Shown here: positions 46,099 through 54,234 of the stretch, in pieces
Position numbering within the stretch: position 1 is the stretch's first letter
Layout of the letters: each line of letters starts with the position of its first letter
Source: Chloroflexota bacterium
GTDB lineage: Bacteria > Chloroflexota > Chloroflexia > Thermomicrobiales > UBA6265
Length of the DNA: 64,000 bases
Direction: 5' to 3'
NCBI GenBank assembly: GCA_023423795.1
Contig: JAFAEX010000309.1
Location: 3,177-67,176 of the forward strand
Made by a program: the position numbers and the translations under genes
Notes under the pieces: model-generated
What the model saw: only the letters and a program-made list of their open reading frames with translations
Database searches by the model: none
Told to the model about the DNA's origin: nothing

Positions 46099-47637
46099 TT
46101 AGCCGAGCGTGATGTCGGCGCACTCGCCGGACGGCTCGATGTCCGAGCGGCCGGCGTCGTACAGGATCTGCTGCTGCTGGCAGGCGACGTAGCGCATCGC
46201 CTGCATCGGGTCGGTGACCACGTCCGTCAGGTAGCCGTTCCAGGCTTCCTGCTGGACGGCCAGCAGCTCCGCGTAGGCCGGGTCGTGCCAGAAGTCGCGC
46301 GACCGGCTCAGCATGTACTTGTAGGCGCGGAAGTGCGGCTGCAGCGACTCGTAGTCCGGGTCGTCGAGCACCGCCTGGACGGCGGTGTTGCCGCCGCGCC
46401 GGGAGAACTCCAGCTGGGTCTCCGGCTGGTACCAGAACTTCATGTAGTCGATGGCGACCTGCATGTGGTCGTCGTCGTTGAAGGCGTTGAGCACCCACGG
46501 CTGGCCGCCGAGGGTGTAGACGCGCGACAGCTCGTCTTCGCCGTCCCGCTTGAAGCCCGGCGGCGGAACGATGATGGCCATTTCCGGGGTGACCGGCTTG
46601 GACGCGTCGGCGACGCCGCCGTCCGGCCCCATGTTGAGCATCTGCGGGCCGAGCGCCGACCACTGCAGGCAGGTGGCGACGGTGCCGGCGGTGAAGATGT
46701 CCACGCCGGCGGCGATGTCGAAGTTGGTCGCGCCCGGCGGGGCGTAGGCCACCATCGCATCCTTGTTCCGCTTGAGCGCGGCGGCGTTGGCCTCGGTGTC
46801 GAGGATGCCCTCGACCTGCCCGGTGGCCGGGTCCCAGACCTCGCCGCCGGTGGACCAGATGTACGGGTATTGGTAGCAGGAGACGAAGTCGTAGACCTTC
46901 GACCACTGCGAGCCGAAACCGTAGAGGCCCTCGTCGGGGCGGGTGAAGTGGGCGAGGATCCGCTCGTAGCGGTCCATGTCCACCGCTTCCCACTCGTCGT
47001 AGGTCTGCGGCAGGTCTTCGCCGTCGTTGGCCGCCATGTAGGCGTCGCGCTCCGCCTGGTCGGACATCAGGTCCTGGCGGACGAAGAGGGCGATGGTGTC
47101 ACCCTCCTGCGGGAAGCCGTACAGGTTGTCGGAGCCGTCCGGGTAGATCCGGTAGGCCTGCTGCGCGGTCTCCGGGAACTCGATGTCGAGGTCCGGGTTC
47201 TCCGCGATGATGTCGTTGAGGCGGACGATCCAGCCCGGCTCGGCCAGCGCGCCCAGCCACTGGCTGTCGGAGATAATGATGTTGTATTCGGCCGACTGCG
47301 ACTGCAGGCTCGTGGCGGCCTTCTGGAACAGCGATTCGAACGGCGCCTCGTCGAAGGCGAAGTTCACGTCGTAGCCGTAGGTCTCCTTGGCGAACGGCTT
47401 GAACAGCTCCGTCGCCATGTCCACGCCGAGCCGGCTCGGCGGCCACCCGGCGATGCCGAGGATGGTCATGTCGATCGTCTTGCCGGCCAGCGGGCTGTCG
47501 CCCTGCGCGCTGGCGCGCAGCACCCGGGAGCGGCCGGGGCCGAAGTTGAGCGCCGAGACGGCCACGCCAGCGCCGGCGGCGGCCTTCAGCAGCGAACGCC
47601 GGCTGGCCCGGCGCCGAATCACCTCGTTCGGGGACAC
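46099..47637 (-). CDS. large extracellular solute-binding protein with Tat-type signal
   Basis: N-terminus VIRRRASRRSLLKAAAGAGVAVSAL (twin-Arg). 512 aa, first gene of the operon. AAGGAG RBS before the GTG. Confidence 0.8.
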   Translation of the reverse strand: MSPNEVIRRRASRRSLLKAAAGAGVAVSALNFGPGRSRVLRASAQGDSPLAGKTIDMTILGIAGWPPSRLGVDMATELFKPFAKETYGYDVNFAFDEAPFESLFQKAATSLQSQSAEYNIIISDSQWLGALAEPGWIVRLNDIIAENPDLDIEFPETAQQAYRIYPDGSDNLYGFPQEGDTIALFVRQDLMSDQAERDAYMAANDGEDLPQTYDEWEAVDMDRYERILAHFTRPDEGLYGFGSQWSKVYDFVSCYQYPYIWSTGGEVWDPATGQVEGILDTEANAAALKRNKDAMVAYAPPGATNFDIAAGVDIFTAGTVATCLQWSALGPQMLNMGPDGGVADASKPVTPEMAIIVPPPGFKRDGEDELSRVYTLGGQPWVLNAFNDDDHMQVAIDYMKFWYQPETQLEFSRRGGNTAVQAVLDDPDYESLQPHFRAYKYMLSRSRDFWHDPAYAELLAVQQEAWNGYLTDVVTDPMQAMRYVACQQQQILYDAGRSDIEPSGECADITLG

Positions 47638-47884
47638 GCCTGACTCCTTTCCAGAGGGTCAGCCCGCGGGCGCTCCACCGCGCCCGTCTCCGCCGTCCGC
47701 GTTCGTCGCGGCCGGACCGGAACCAAGGAATGGGTTCCCGGGTGTCGTAGTTGCCCGGGACGCGAGGAGCCCCGCTGCCACATGGCGGCGGAAGCGGCAA
47801 GTGCGGGGGCGCAACCACAACGCGGTTGCGAGTCCGCCAATGCGTCGGCGTCAATGTTCCCTGCCGGTTGCCTCGACGGCGGGC

Positions 47885-47914
47885 ACCGTATCAGAGCGTT
47901 TTCGCGGGTGTCAA
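47885..47914 (-). promoter_or_regulatory. promoter candidate TTGACA-18-TACGGT for the ABC operon
   Basis: Perfect -35 hexamer and a TAnnnT-type -10 on the minus strand, about 250 nt upstream of the SBP start. Confidence 0.25.
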
Positions 47915-47951
47915 GCGTGTGGTGAACGCAATCGTGACGACAGCGTTGCGC

Positions 47952-48650
47952 TCAGCCGGAGAACACCGCCCGCCCGACGCGGACGTGGGTCGCGCCCTCG
48001 GCGATGGCCACCGCGAAATCGTCGCTCATTCCCATCGAAAGCACGTCGAGCGCGGCCCCGGTGTCTTCGCGCAGGGCATCCCGCAGCGTTCGCAATCCGG
48101 CGAACACCGGCCGCACCTGCTCCGGATCGGGCACGAGGGGAGCGATCGTCATTAGCCCGCGCAGGTCGAAGCCGGGGGAGGCGAGGAGGCGCGCCGCGAG
48201 GTCCGGCGCATCGTCCGGCGAACACCCCGCCTTCTGCGCTTCGCCGGCCACGTTGACCTGCAGCAGCACCGGAAGCCGGCGTCCCAGGCGGTCGGCCTCC
48301 TTCTCCAGCGCGTCGATCAGCGAGGGGCGGTCCACCGACTCGATCACCGAGAAAAGCGCCGCGGCCTGCCGGGCCTTGTTCGATTGCAGTTGCCCGATCA
48401 GGTGCAGGTCGGCATCCGCCGGCAGCGGCTCGGCGTATTTCCGCAGCGAATCCTGCACCCGGTTCTCGCCGAAGTGGCGCAGCCCGAGGGCGTAGGCGGC
48501 GTCCACCGTCGCCCGGTCCACCGTCTTGGACACGGCCAACAGCGTCACCGACTCCGGGTCCCGGCCGGCGCGTTCCGCCGCTTCGGCGATCCGGCGGCGG
48601 ACGGCATCGATGTGCGTGGCCAACGCGTCAGGCGCGATCGTCTCGGGCAT
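47952..48650 (-). CDS. yggS: YggS-family pyridoxal-phosphate homeostasis protein
   Basis: LLAVSKT (PLP Lys)...FGENRVQD...HLIGQLQSNK...LSMGMSDDF. GGAGAGGA RBS before MPETI. Confidence 0.85.
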   Translation of the reverse strand: MPETIAPDALATHIDAVRRRIAEAAERAGRDPESVTLLAVSKTVDRATVDAAYALGLRHFGENRVQDSLRKYAEPLPADADLHLIGQLQSNKARQAAALFSVIESVDRPSLIDALEKEADRLGRRLPVLLQVNVAGEAQKAGCSPDDAPDLAARLLASPGFDLRGLMTIAPLVPDPEQVRPVFAGLRTLRDALREDTGAALDVLSMGMSDDFAVAIAEGATHVRVGRAVFSG

Positions 48651-48699
48651 CGGTCCTCTCCTGCGGGGCGCATGGGCTGTATCCGTTTTCGATCTCCGG

Positions 48700-49521
48700 T
48701 CAATCGGCGGCGAGCGCGATGACGGCGGCAAAGCGGCCGGTCGTCGCACCCTGTCCGCGATGCGAGAACCAGCCCTCGCCGCAGCAGGTGCAGATCCCCG
48801 CCCGCTCGACGTACGCCGGAGCAACGCCCGCCCGCTCCAGCAGCAGCGCGTTCGCCGCCGCGAGGTCCAGCGCCGGCTGCCCGCTCGGGTGCACCGCAAC
48901 CGCGATCTCCCCGCCGCGACCGCCTGTTTGCGACCATTCGGCGATCACATCGCCGCCGACCGGATAGCAGCACGGCCCGATCGCCGGCCCGATCGCGGCG
49001 CGGATATCGGCCGGCCGGATGCCGAATTCCTCGTGCAGGGCGCGAACGGCGGCGCTTGCCACGTTGGCGACCGTTCCGCGCCAGCCCGCGTGGATCGCCG
49101 CCACCGCGCGGGCCCGGCCGTCCGGTCCGAGACCGACGAGCAGCAGCGGCAGGCAATCGGCGTGGAGCGAAAACAGCACCGGTCCCGGCTCGTTCGTCAC
49201 CAGCGCGTCGCCCAGCCCGATCTTGCCGGAGCCCGGGCGCGAACCGATCCCGGCGTCGCCTGCCCGCGCGCGCAGCACCGTGTTTCCGTGAACCTGCCCC
49301 GGCGTGACGAGCCGGTTCGGATCGACGCCGATGGCGTGGCACCACGCCTGCCGGTTGACCCAGGCGTCGTCCTTGTCTCGGGGCGGGCTGTAGCCCACGT
49401 TGCCGTCGGCAACCCCCATTCCGGGCACGCAGCGCGTGTACCCGTGGACGACGCCCGGAATCGCCGCAAGCAGCGGGCTGCGGAAAACCGGCAGCGTGCG
49501 TGCCGGGGCCTGCGCGGTCAC
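48700..49521 (-). CDS. pgeF: YfiH/PgeF (DUF152, laccase-domain) protein
   Basis: HG...LHADCLP...AAIHAGWRG...GPAIGPCCY...CTCC...FSHRG are family hallmarks. Confidence 0.85.
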   Translation of the reverse strand: MTAQAPARTLPVFRSPLLAAIPGVVHGYTRCVPGMGVADGNVGYSPPRDKDDAWVNRQAWCHAIGVDPNRLVTPGQVHGNTVLRARAGDAGIGSRPGSGKIGLGDALVTNEPGPVLFSLHADCLPLLLVGLGPDGRARAVAAIHAGWRGTVANVASAAVRALHEEFGIRPADIRAAIGPAIGPCCYPVGGDVIAEWSQTGGRGGEIAVAVHPSGQPALDLAAANALLLERAGVAPAYVERAGICTCCGEGWFSHRGQGATTGRFAAVIALAAD

Positions 49522-51164
49522 GATCCCGTCACCTCCCGCGCCGCGTCGAGGATGATCGAATCGACGACCTGCTCCACCGGCGCGTGGTCGTCGGTGAACA
49601 CCACCGGCCCCGGCTCGACGATGCGCGGCGCGCCGAGCGGCGCCCGCGCCGCCACCTCGCGCATCGGCGAATCGACCGGGAACAACTCCGCCGCGCCGGC
49701 GATGTTCTCCAATGACGAGGGCGCGTCGGTGCCGATCACGATCGTGTTCAGGTACCCATCGACGTCGATCGCGTAGACGTGGTCGAACGCCGCCCGCATC
49801 GTCGAGGCGATCGATTCCACCAACCGGTAATCCGTCACCGTGCGCCCGACGTTGACGACCGCCGCCCCGCCCGGCGACAGGTGGTCGGAGACTTCCTCGA
49901 AGAACTCCACCGAGGAAAGTTGGAACGGGATGTACGGCTGCCGGTAGGCGTCGATCGCGATGAGATCATAGACGTGGTCGCTGGTCCGCAGCGCGTAGCG
50001 GCCGTCCTCAACGATCACGTTGACGTTCGGCAGGTCGCCCAACCCGAACCAGGTGTGCGCCACGTCGATGATGTCCGGGTCGATCTCGACGCCATCGATC
50101 GGGATCGGCCCAAACACGCGCGGGTCGCTCATCTGCCGGGCGCTGCTGCCGCCGGCCAGCCCAATCACCATAACCCGTTCGACATTGGCCGGCTGGAAAC
50201 CGTCCACGACCAGCGGACCCAGCATCATCGCGTCCCACGGCCCGCCGGTGAGCAACCGGTCGGGGTCGTAGACGGAATGGACCGCGTGCCCCTCGTTGAG
50301 GATCAGCAGGTTCGCCCCATTCTCCTCGACGACCTGGATGTAGTTGTAGGCCGAGTCCCGCTCTTCGAGCAGGACGCCGCGCTCGGCCGGGCGCATGCCC
50401 GCCGGCGCGGCCGCCGCCGCCGCCGGCACCAGCAGCCCGAGCAGCACCGCCGCCAGCGCCATACCCGTGGAGCGCACCAGCAGCAACCCGACGACGGAGG
50501 GCACGAGCAGCGCCAGCGCCAGCACGAGATACGTCCGCGTGGTGCCCAGCGTCGGGATCAGCAGCAGGACCGGCAGGAAACTGCCGGCGATCGAGCCCAG
50601 CGTGGACAGCGCGTAGATATTGCCGGCCGTATTCCCGGCGCTGCCCACGTCGCGCACGTCGAGGCGGATCGCGTACGGGGTGACGAACCCCAGCAGCGTC
50701 ACCGGCAACGCCATCAGCAGCAGCACGCCCACGAGCGCGCCGTAGAACGCCCCGACGTCGTAGCGGGCGAAGGCATCCAGCGAAGACATCAGGATCGGCC
50801 GCGCCACCACCGGGATCAATCCGATCAGCACGGCGGCAAAAGCCGTTACCGCGTACAGCACGAGCGGCGTCGGGCGCTTGTCGGCGACGCGCCCTCCTAT
50901 CCAGTACCCGAAGGAGAGGAACGCCAGCGTGATGCCGATGATGGTCGCCCATATGAAGGTAGACGACCCGAAGTACGGGGCCACCAGCCGCGAGGTCGCG
51001 AGTTCCGCCCCGAGACTGGCGAACCCGCCGCAAAAGACGATGAGGCCGAGGAGCGGGGGACGGCGAACGACGGCGGGCGAAACCGGCGCCGCAATCGGCG
51101 CGTTTGTATCGGTGGCAGGGGACGGGGCGACCCGCCCGGAGCCGGTGGAGGCATTGGCCTGCAT
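49518..51164 (-). CDS. membrane-anchored spermidine-synthase-like (spermine/spermidine synthase family) protein
   Basis: About 250-aa polytopic N-terminal domain, then the methyltransferase-fold segment VMVIGLAGGS...VEIDP...DLIAIDAY. 4-nt overlap with pgeF. Confidence 0.7.
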   Translation of the reverse strand: MQANASTGSGRVAPSPATDTNAPIAAPVSPAVVRRPPLLGLIVFCGGFASLGAELATSRLVAPYFGSSTFIWATIIGITLAFLSFGYWIGGRVADKRPTPLVLYAVTAFAAVLIGLIPVVARPILMSSLDAFARYDVGAFYGALVGVLLLMALPVTLLGFVTPYAIRLDVRDVGSAGNTAGNIYALSTLGSIAGSFLPVLLLIPTLGTTRTYLVLALALLVPSVVGLLLVRSTGMALAAVLLGLLVPAAAAAAPAGMRPAERGVLLEERDSAYNYIQVVEENGANLLILNEGHAVHSVYDPDRLLTGGPWDAMMLGPLVVDGFQPANVERVMVIGLAGGSSARQMSDPRVFGPIPIDGVEIDPDIIDVAHTWFGLGDLPNVNVIVEDGRYALRTSDHVYDLIAIDAYRQPYIPFQLSSVEFFEEVSDHLSPGGAAVVNVGRTVTDYRLVESIASTMRAAFDHVYAIDVDGYLNTIVIGTDAPSSLENIAGAAELFPVDSPMREVAARAPLGAPRIVEPGPVVFTDDHAPVEQVVDSIILDAAREVTGS

Positions 51165-51309
51165 GCGGTGAGGGATCCCTGTCGCGGAAAGCGGTCGGCG
51201 CCCCGCGGCGCGCCGCTTGAGTATAGCCGCCGCCCGTCCGCCCCTCGTGGCCGGGCCGGGTGCAGGACCGACGGGCCATCCCCCGTGACGTCCGTACGCC
51301 GTGAGCGGC

Positions 51310-51337
51310 TTGACATCCGGGGTCCGGTGTGTAGGCT
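51310..51337 (+). promoter_or_regulatory. promoter candidate TTGACA-16-TAGGCT
   Basis: Perfect -35 and a TAnnnT-type -10, about 115 nt upstream of the small secreted-protein gene. Confidence 0.4.
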
Positions 51338-51451
51338 AGGCTATGGCCGCAGACCCCGCGTTGGCCCAATCGCGCGAGGGAAGCGAGAGGGGCCTAACCG
51401 CTGCGCGTGGGTAGCGGCGGGGATGGATCCAGAGGGAAGGAGAATTCCGCG

Positions 51452-51742
51452 ATGCGCATGTTCGATCTGGTGGAGCTTCGGCGGGTCGCTGCCGGTTTGG
51501 CGGCGGCGGGTCTGCTCACCGCTTCGCTGGCCGGCGCGGCCGCGGCGCAGGATATCGAGACGGCGGCCGGCGGCAACGGCGGCGGCTCCAGCGCCGACGC
51601 CAGCGGCGGCGCGGTGACCATCGGCGACGTCGATTCCGGCAACAGCAGCGGCGCCAGCATCGGCGCTGCCGCGATCGATTCGATCATGGTCGGCGGCGAC
51701 GACATCGCCGCCAACGCGATCGCCGCGATCCTGGGCAGCTAG
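51452..51742 (+). CDS. small secreted Gly/Ser/Ala/Asp-rich protein
   Basis: 96 aa. GGAAGGAG RBS. Signal peptide LAAAGLLTASLAGAAAAQD. The mature part is GGNGGGSSADASGG...GNSSGASIG... with no Cys. Confidence 0.6.
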   Translation: MRMFDLVELRRVAAGLAAAGLLTASLAGAAAAQDIETAAGGNGGGSSADASGGAVTIGDVDSGNSSGASIGAAAIDSIMVGGDDIAANAIAAILGS

Positions 51743-51763
51743 CCCGGCATCTCCGATCGTCCA

Positions 51764-51800
51764 GCGCCCCTCGCGACCCCGGTCGCGAGGGGCGCTTTTT
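51764..51800 (+). terminator. rho-independent terminator
   Basis: 15-bp GC-rich stem GCGCCCCTCGCGACC / GGTCGCGAGGGGCGC followed by TTTTT. Confidence 0.85.
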
Positions 51801-52879
51801 CGTTCCCGCCAGCTTCGGCAATCCGGAACTCGGGCTATACCAGTTTCTACTGTCCAGTGATCATTATTGTTCGAGCAGTGCCCACATCGTCGGACGTATC
51901 CCGGCATGTCATCGGCGCGAACGTCGATCCCGGCAAGCTACCTCGACGGATCGCCGCGGACGAGACGATCCGGAACCACGGCCGGACAGGAGCATCCGAA
52001 TCGACCGCGGCGGCTGCGCGAAACGTTCGTCGCCACCGACATGCCCGATCCTGACGTCGCTCAAGGAGAGAGCCTGTTCTCGGAGACAACTGGCGTCGGC
52101 CAAACCGCCCTTTGACCGATCGCGCCTGCCGAAGCCCGTTAGCCAATCCTGCCAGCGCGCAGGAGCTTGCTCGACGCCGTACTCGCCACCGGTGCGCCTG
52201 GTGCGTTTTGCGGGCAATGCGGATTATCCGCATTGCGACGGCGATCGTGTGGTCGGCTCCTGCACGGTGAACCTCAACCGTTCCGGGTCCACGATGTCGT
52301 GGCCGTCGCCGACGATCGCTACGGTCTCAGTCGCGGCCCCCACCGACGGAGATCGCCGGCGGTTCTCCCTTCGTCGGTCCGACCGGTTTCGACGTACCCG
52401 CCCAGGCACGTCATGCGGCGTCCACGGAGCGTCGAACATCCATGTCCCTGCATCGCGGTCATGGCCTGGGGCCGTACGATCGCGACCTTCCGCTTACGAC
52501 CCTTCAATCATCGGCCGGGTCCGGTACGTCGGTCCACGGCCGAGCCGGAGCGCATCGTGAACCGCGTATCGGCGGCCGGTGGCTCGTTCAGTTGCGACAC
52601 ATCATCCGAACTGGCCGATGCGGTGTAGAGAACAGTGGCGGAACCTCGATTGGCCGAGGCTCGACTGCGGAGCCCGCCATCGGGATCGTCCTGCCGACGA
52701 TGAGGAGATCGCGCCGAATCACCCCGATGATTTCACGCGATTTTCATCTTTATCAATCGTCTGACTCATGCACTTCCGTGCACGATCGACTTCAATGGCT
52801 TGACCGCTTCGCGATCGCGTGGGCGGGCGTGGTGGCAACCGCAGTCGGCCGCCGCGAGGGACACATAAAGGGGGATCCC

Positions 52880-54136
52880 GTGGATCAACGACGATTCGAC
52901 GCGCTTGCGCGGAACCTGGCCGCCGCGGTTGACCGGCGGACCACGATCCGTGCCGCCATCGCCGGCGCCCTCGCCGCCGTCGCCGCCCGTGCCGGGGACG
53001 AGGCCGAGGCCGCGCCGGAGGCGGAGGCCTGTCGCAGGATCGGTTCCAAGTGCAACCGGAAGAAGCACAAGTGCTGCTTCGGTGGCCGTTGCAGCAAGAA
53101 GCGGTGCCGCTGCGCCCGCGGTCAAAAGCAATGCCGCCGGACCTGCATCCCGCAGGGCAACTGCTGCACCGACGCCGATTGCGGGGCGAACGCCCAATGC
53201 CTGGCCGATGGGACGTGCGCCCCGCTTCTGACCTGCACCGCCCCGTTGACGGTGTGCGGCACGGACTGTGTGGACACCCAGACCGACGAGGACCACTGCG
53301 GCGCCTGTGGTCAGCCGTGCGCCGACAACGAAACCTGCCGCGACGGCGCCTGCTTGGTGCTCGTGACGCCGAGCGAGTTGAACGGTTGGACGAACCCCAA
53401 GCCGAAGGTGGCTTACGAGACGGTGGCATTCGAGGTAGGACCGGGGAATCCGCCTGTTGGTGACGGCAGCATCAGGTTCAAGCTGGTGGACAATTCGGAC
53501 TCCCGCGCGTTGTTCAACAACGTGTCGTACGCCGGCTTGCGTCTGGACGAACTCGACGAACTGCGCTATGCAACGTATGTAACAAACGGTTCGGGCACTG
53601 GCGTTGTCGCGCCGGCGGTCAAATTGCCGTCCGTCAACGTGCCGAAGGTCGGCGGCGGAGTCCAGTTCGCCTCGTTCGTTTACGAGCCGCATTACGACAC
53701 CCGTAGCACCGGATCGGGGATCGGGCCGTCCGTCGTGAATCTGGACGAATGGCAGGAATGGGACACCTTGGCCGGCACCGCGCGGTGGTGGGCAACCAAG
53801 GACATTCCGGACCCAACGAATCCAAGCGAGTTCATCATGTGCAACCCGAACGGTGGCAACGCGAACACCGCTGCGTGCAACGGCAAGATCTACGTTTCCT
53901 GGGCCACGGTAATGACCGCGGCGCCGGATGCCGTGATCTCGCCGGGCATCGACAACGGTCTCCAGATCGAGACCGGGAGCGGGTCGCCGCAGGCCGACGG
54001 GTACGTGGATTACCTGAGGATCAACGGCACGACGTTCGACTTCGAGCCGGACGCGCAGAGCTCGGCCGGCAAGTCGGGCCGCAAGGCTTCGGGGCGCAGC
54101 GGGAAGACGCAGCGGCGCGGCAAGAACCGCCGCTAA
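52880..54136 (+). CDS. Tat-exported cysteine-rich protein with beta-rich C-terminal domain and basic tail
   Basis: GTG start after AAAGGGGGA. The twin-Arg leader is VDQRRFDALARNLAAAV...AIAGALAAVAARA. There are 22 Cys in about 110 aa. The C-terminus is SGRKASGRSGKTQRRGKNRR. Confidence 0.7.
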   Translation: MDQRRFDALARNLAAAVDRRTTIRAAIAGALAAVAARAGDEAEAAPEAEACRRIGSKCNRKKHKCCFGGRCSKKRCRCARGQKQCRRTCIPQGNCCTDADCGANAQCLADGTCAPLLTCTAPLTVCGTDCVDTQTDEDHCGACGQPCADNETCRDGACLVLVTPSELNGWTNPKPKVAYETVAFEVGPGNPPVGDGSIRFKLVDNSDSRALFNNVSYAGLRLDELDELRYATYVTNGSGTGVVAPAVKLPSVNVPKVGGGVQFASFVYEPHYDTRSTGSGIGPSVVNLDEWQEWDTLAGTARWWATKDIPDPTNPSEFIMCNPNGGNANTAACNGKIYVSWATVMTAAPDAVISPGIDNGLQIETGSGSPQADGYVDYLRINGTTFDFEPDAQSSAGKSGRKASGRSGKTQRRGKNRR

Positions 54137-54153
54137 ACGCATCCTCGCATGAC

Positions 54154-54189
54154 GGAAACCGGGCGGGCCATTCGGCCCGCCCGGTTTCC
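54154..54189. terminator. bidirectional hairpin between convergent genes
   Basis: Perfect 16-bp stem GGAAACCGGGCGGGCC / GGCCCGCCCGGTTTCC with ATTC loop. Confidence 0.75.
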
Positions 54190-54234
54190 GTTGCCGTCCG
54201 CTCCACAGGGTGCTCAAACGGTTGCTCGTCGCCC

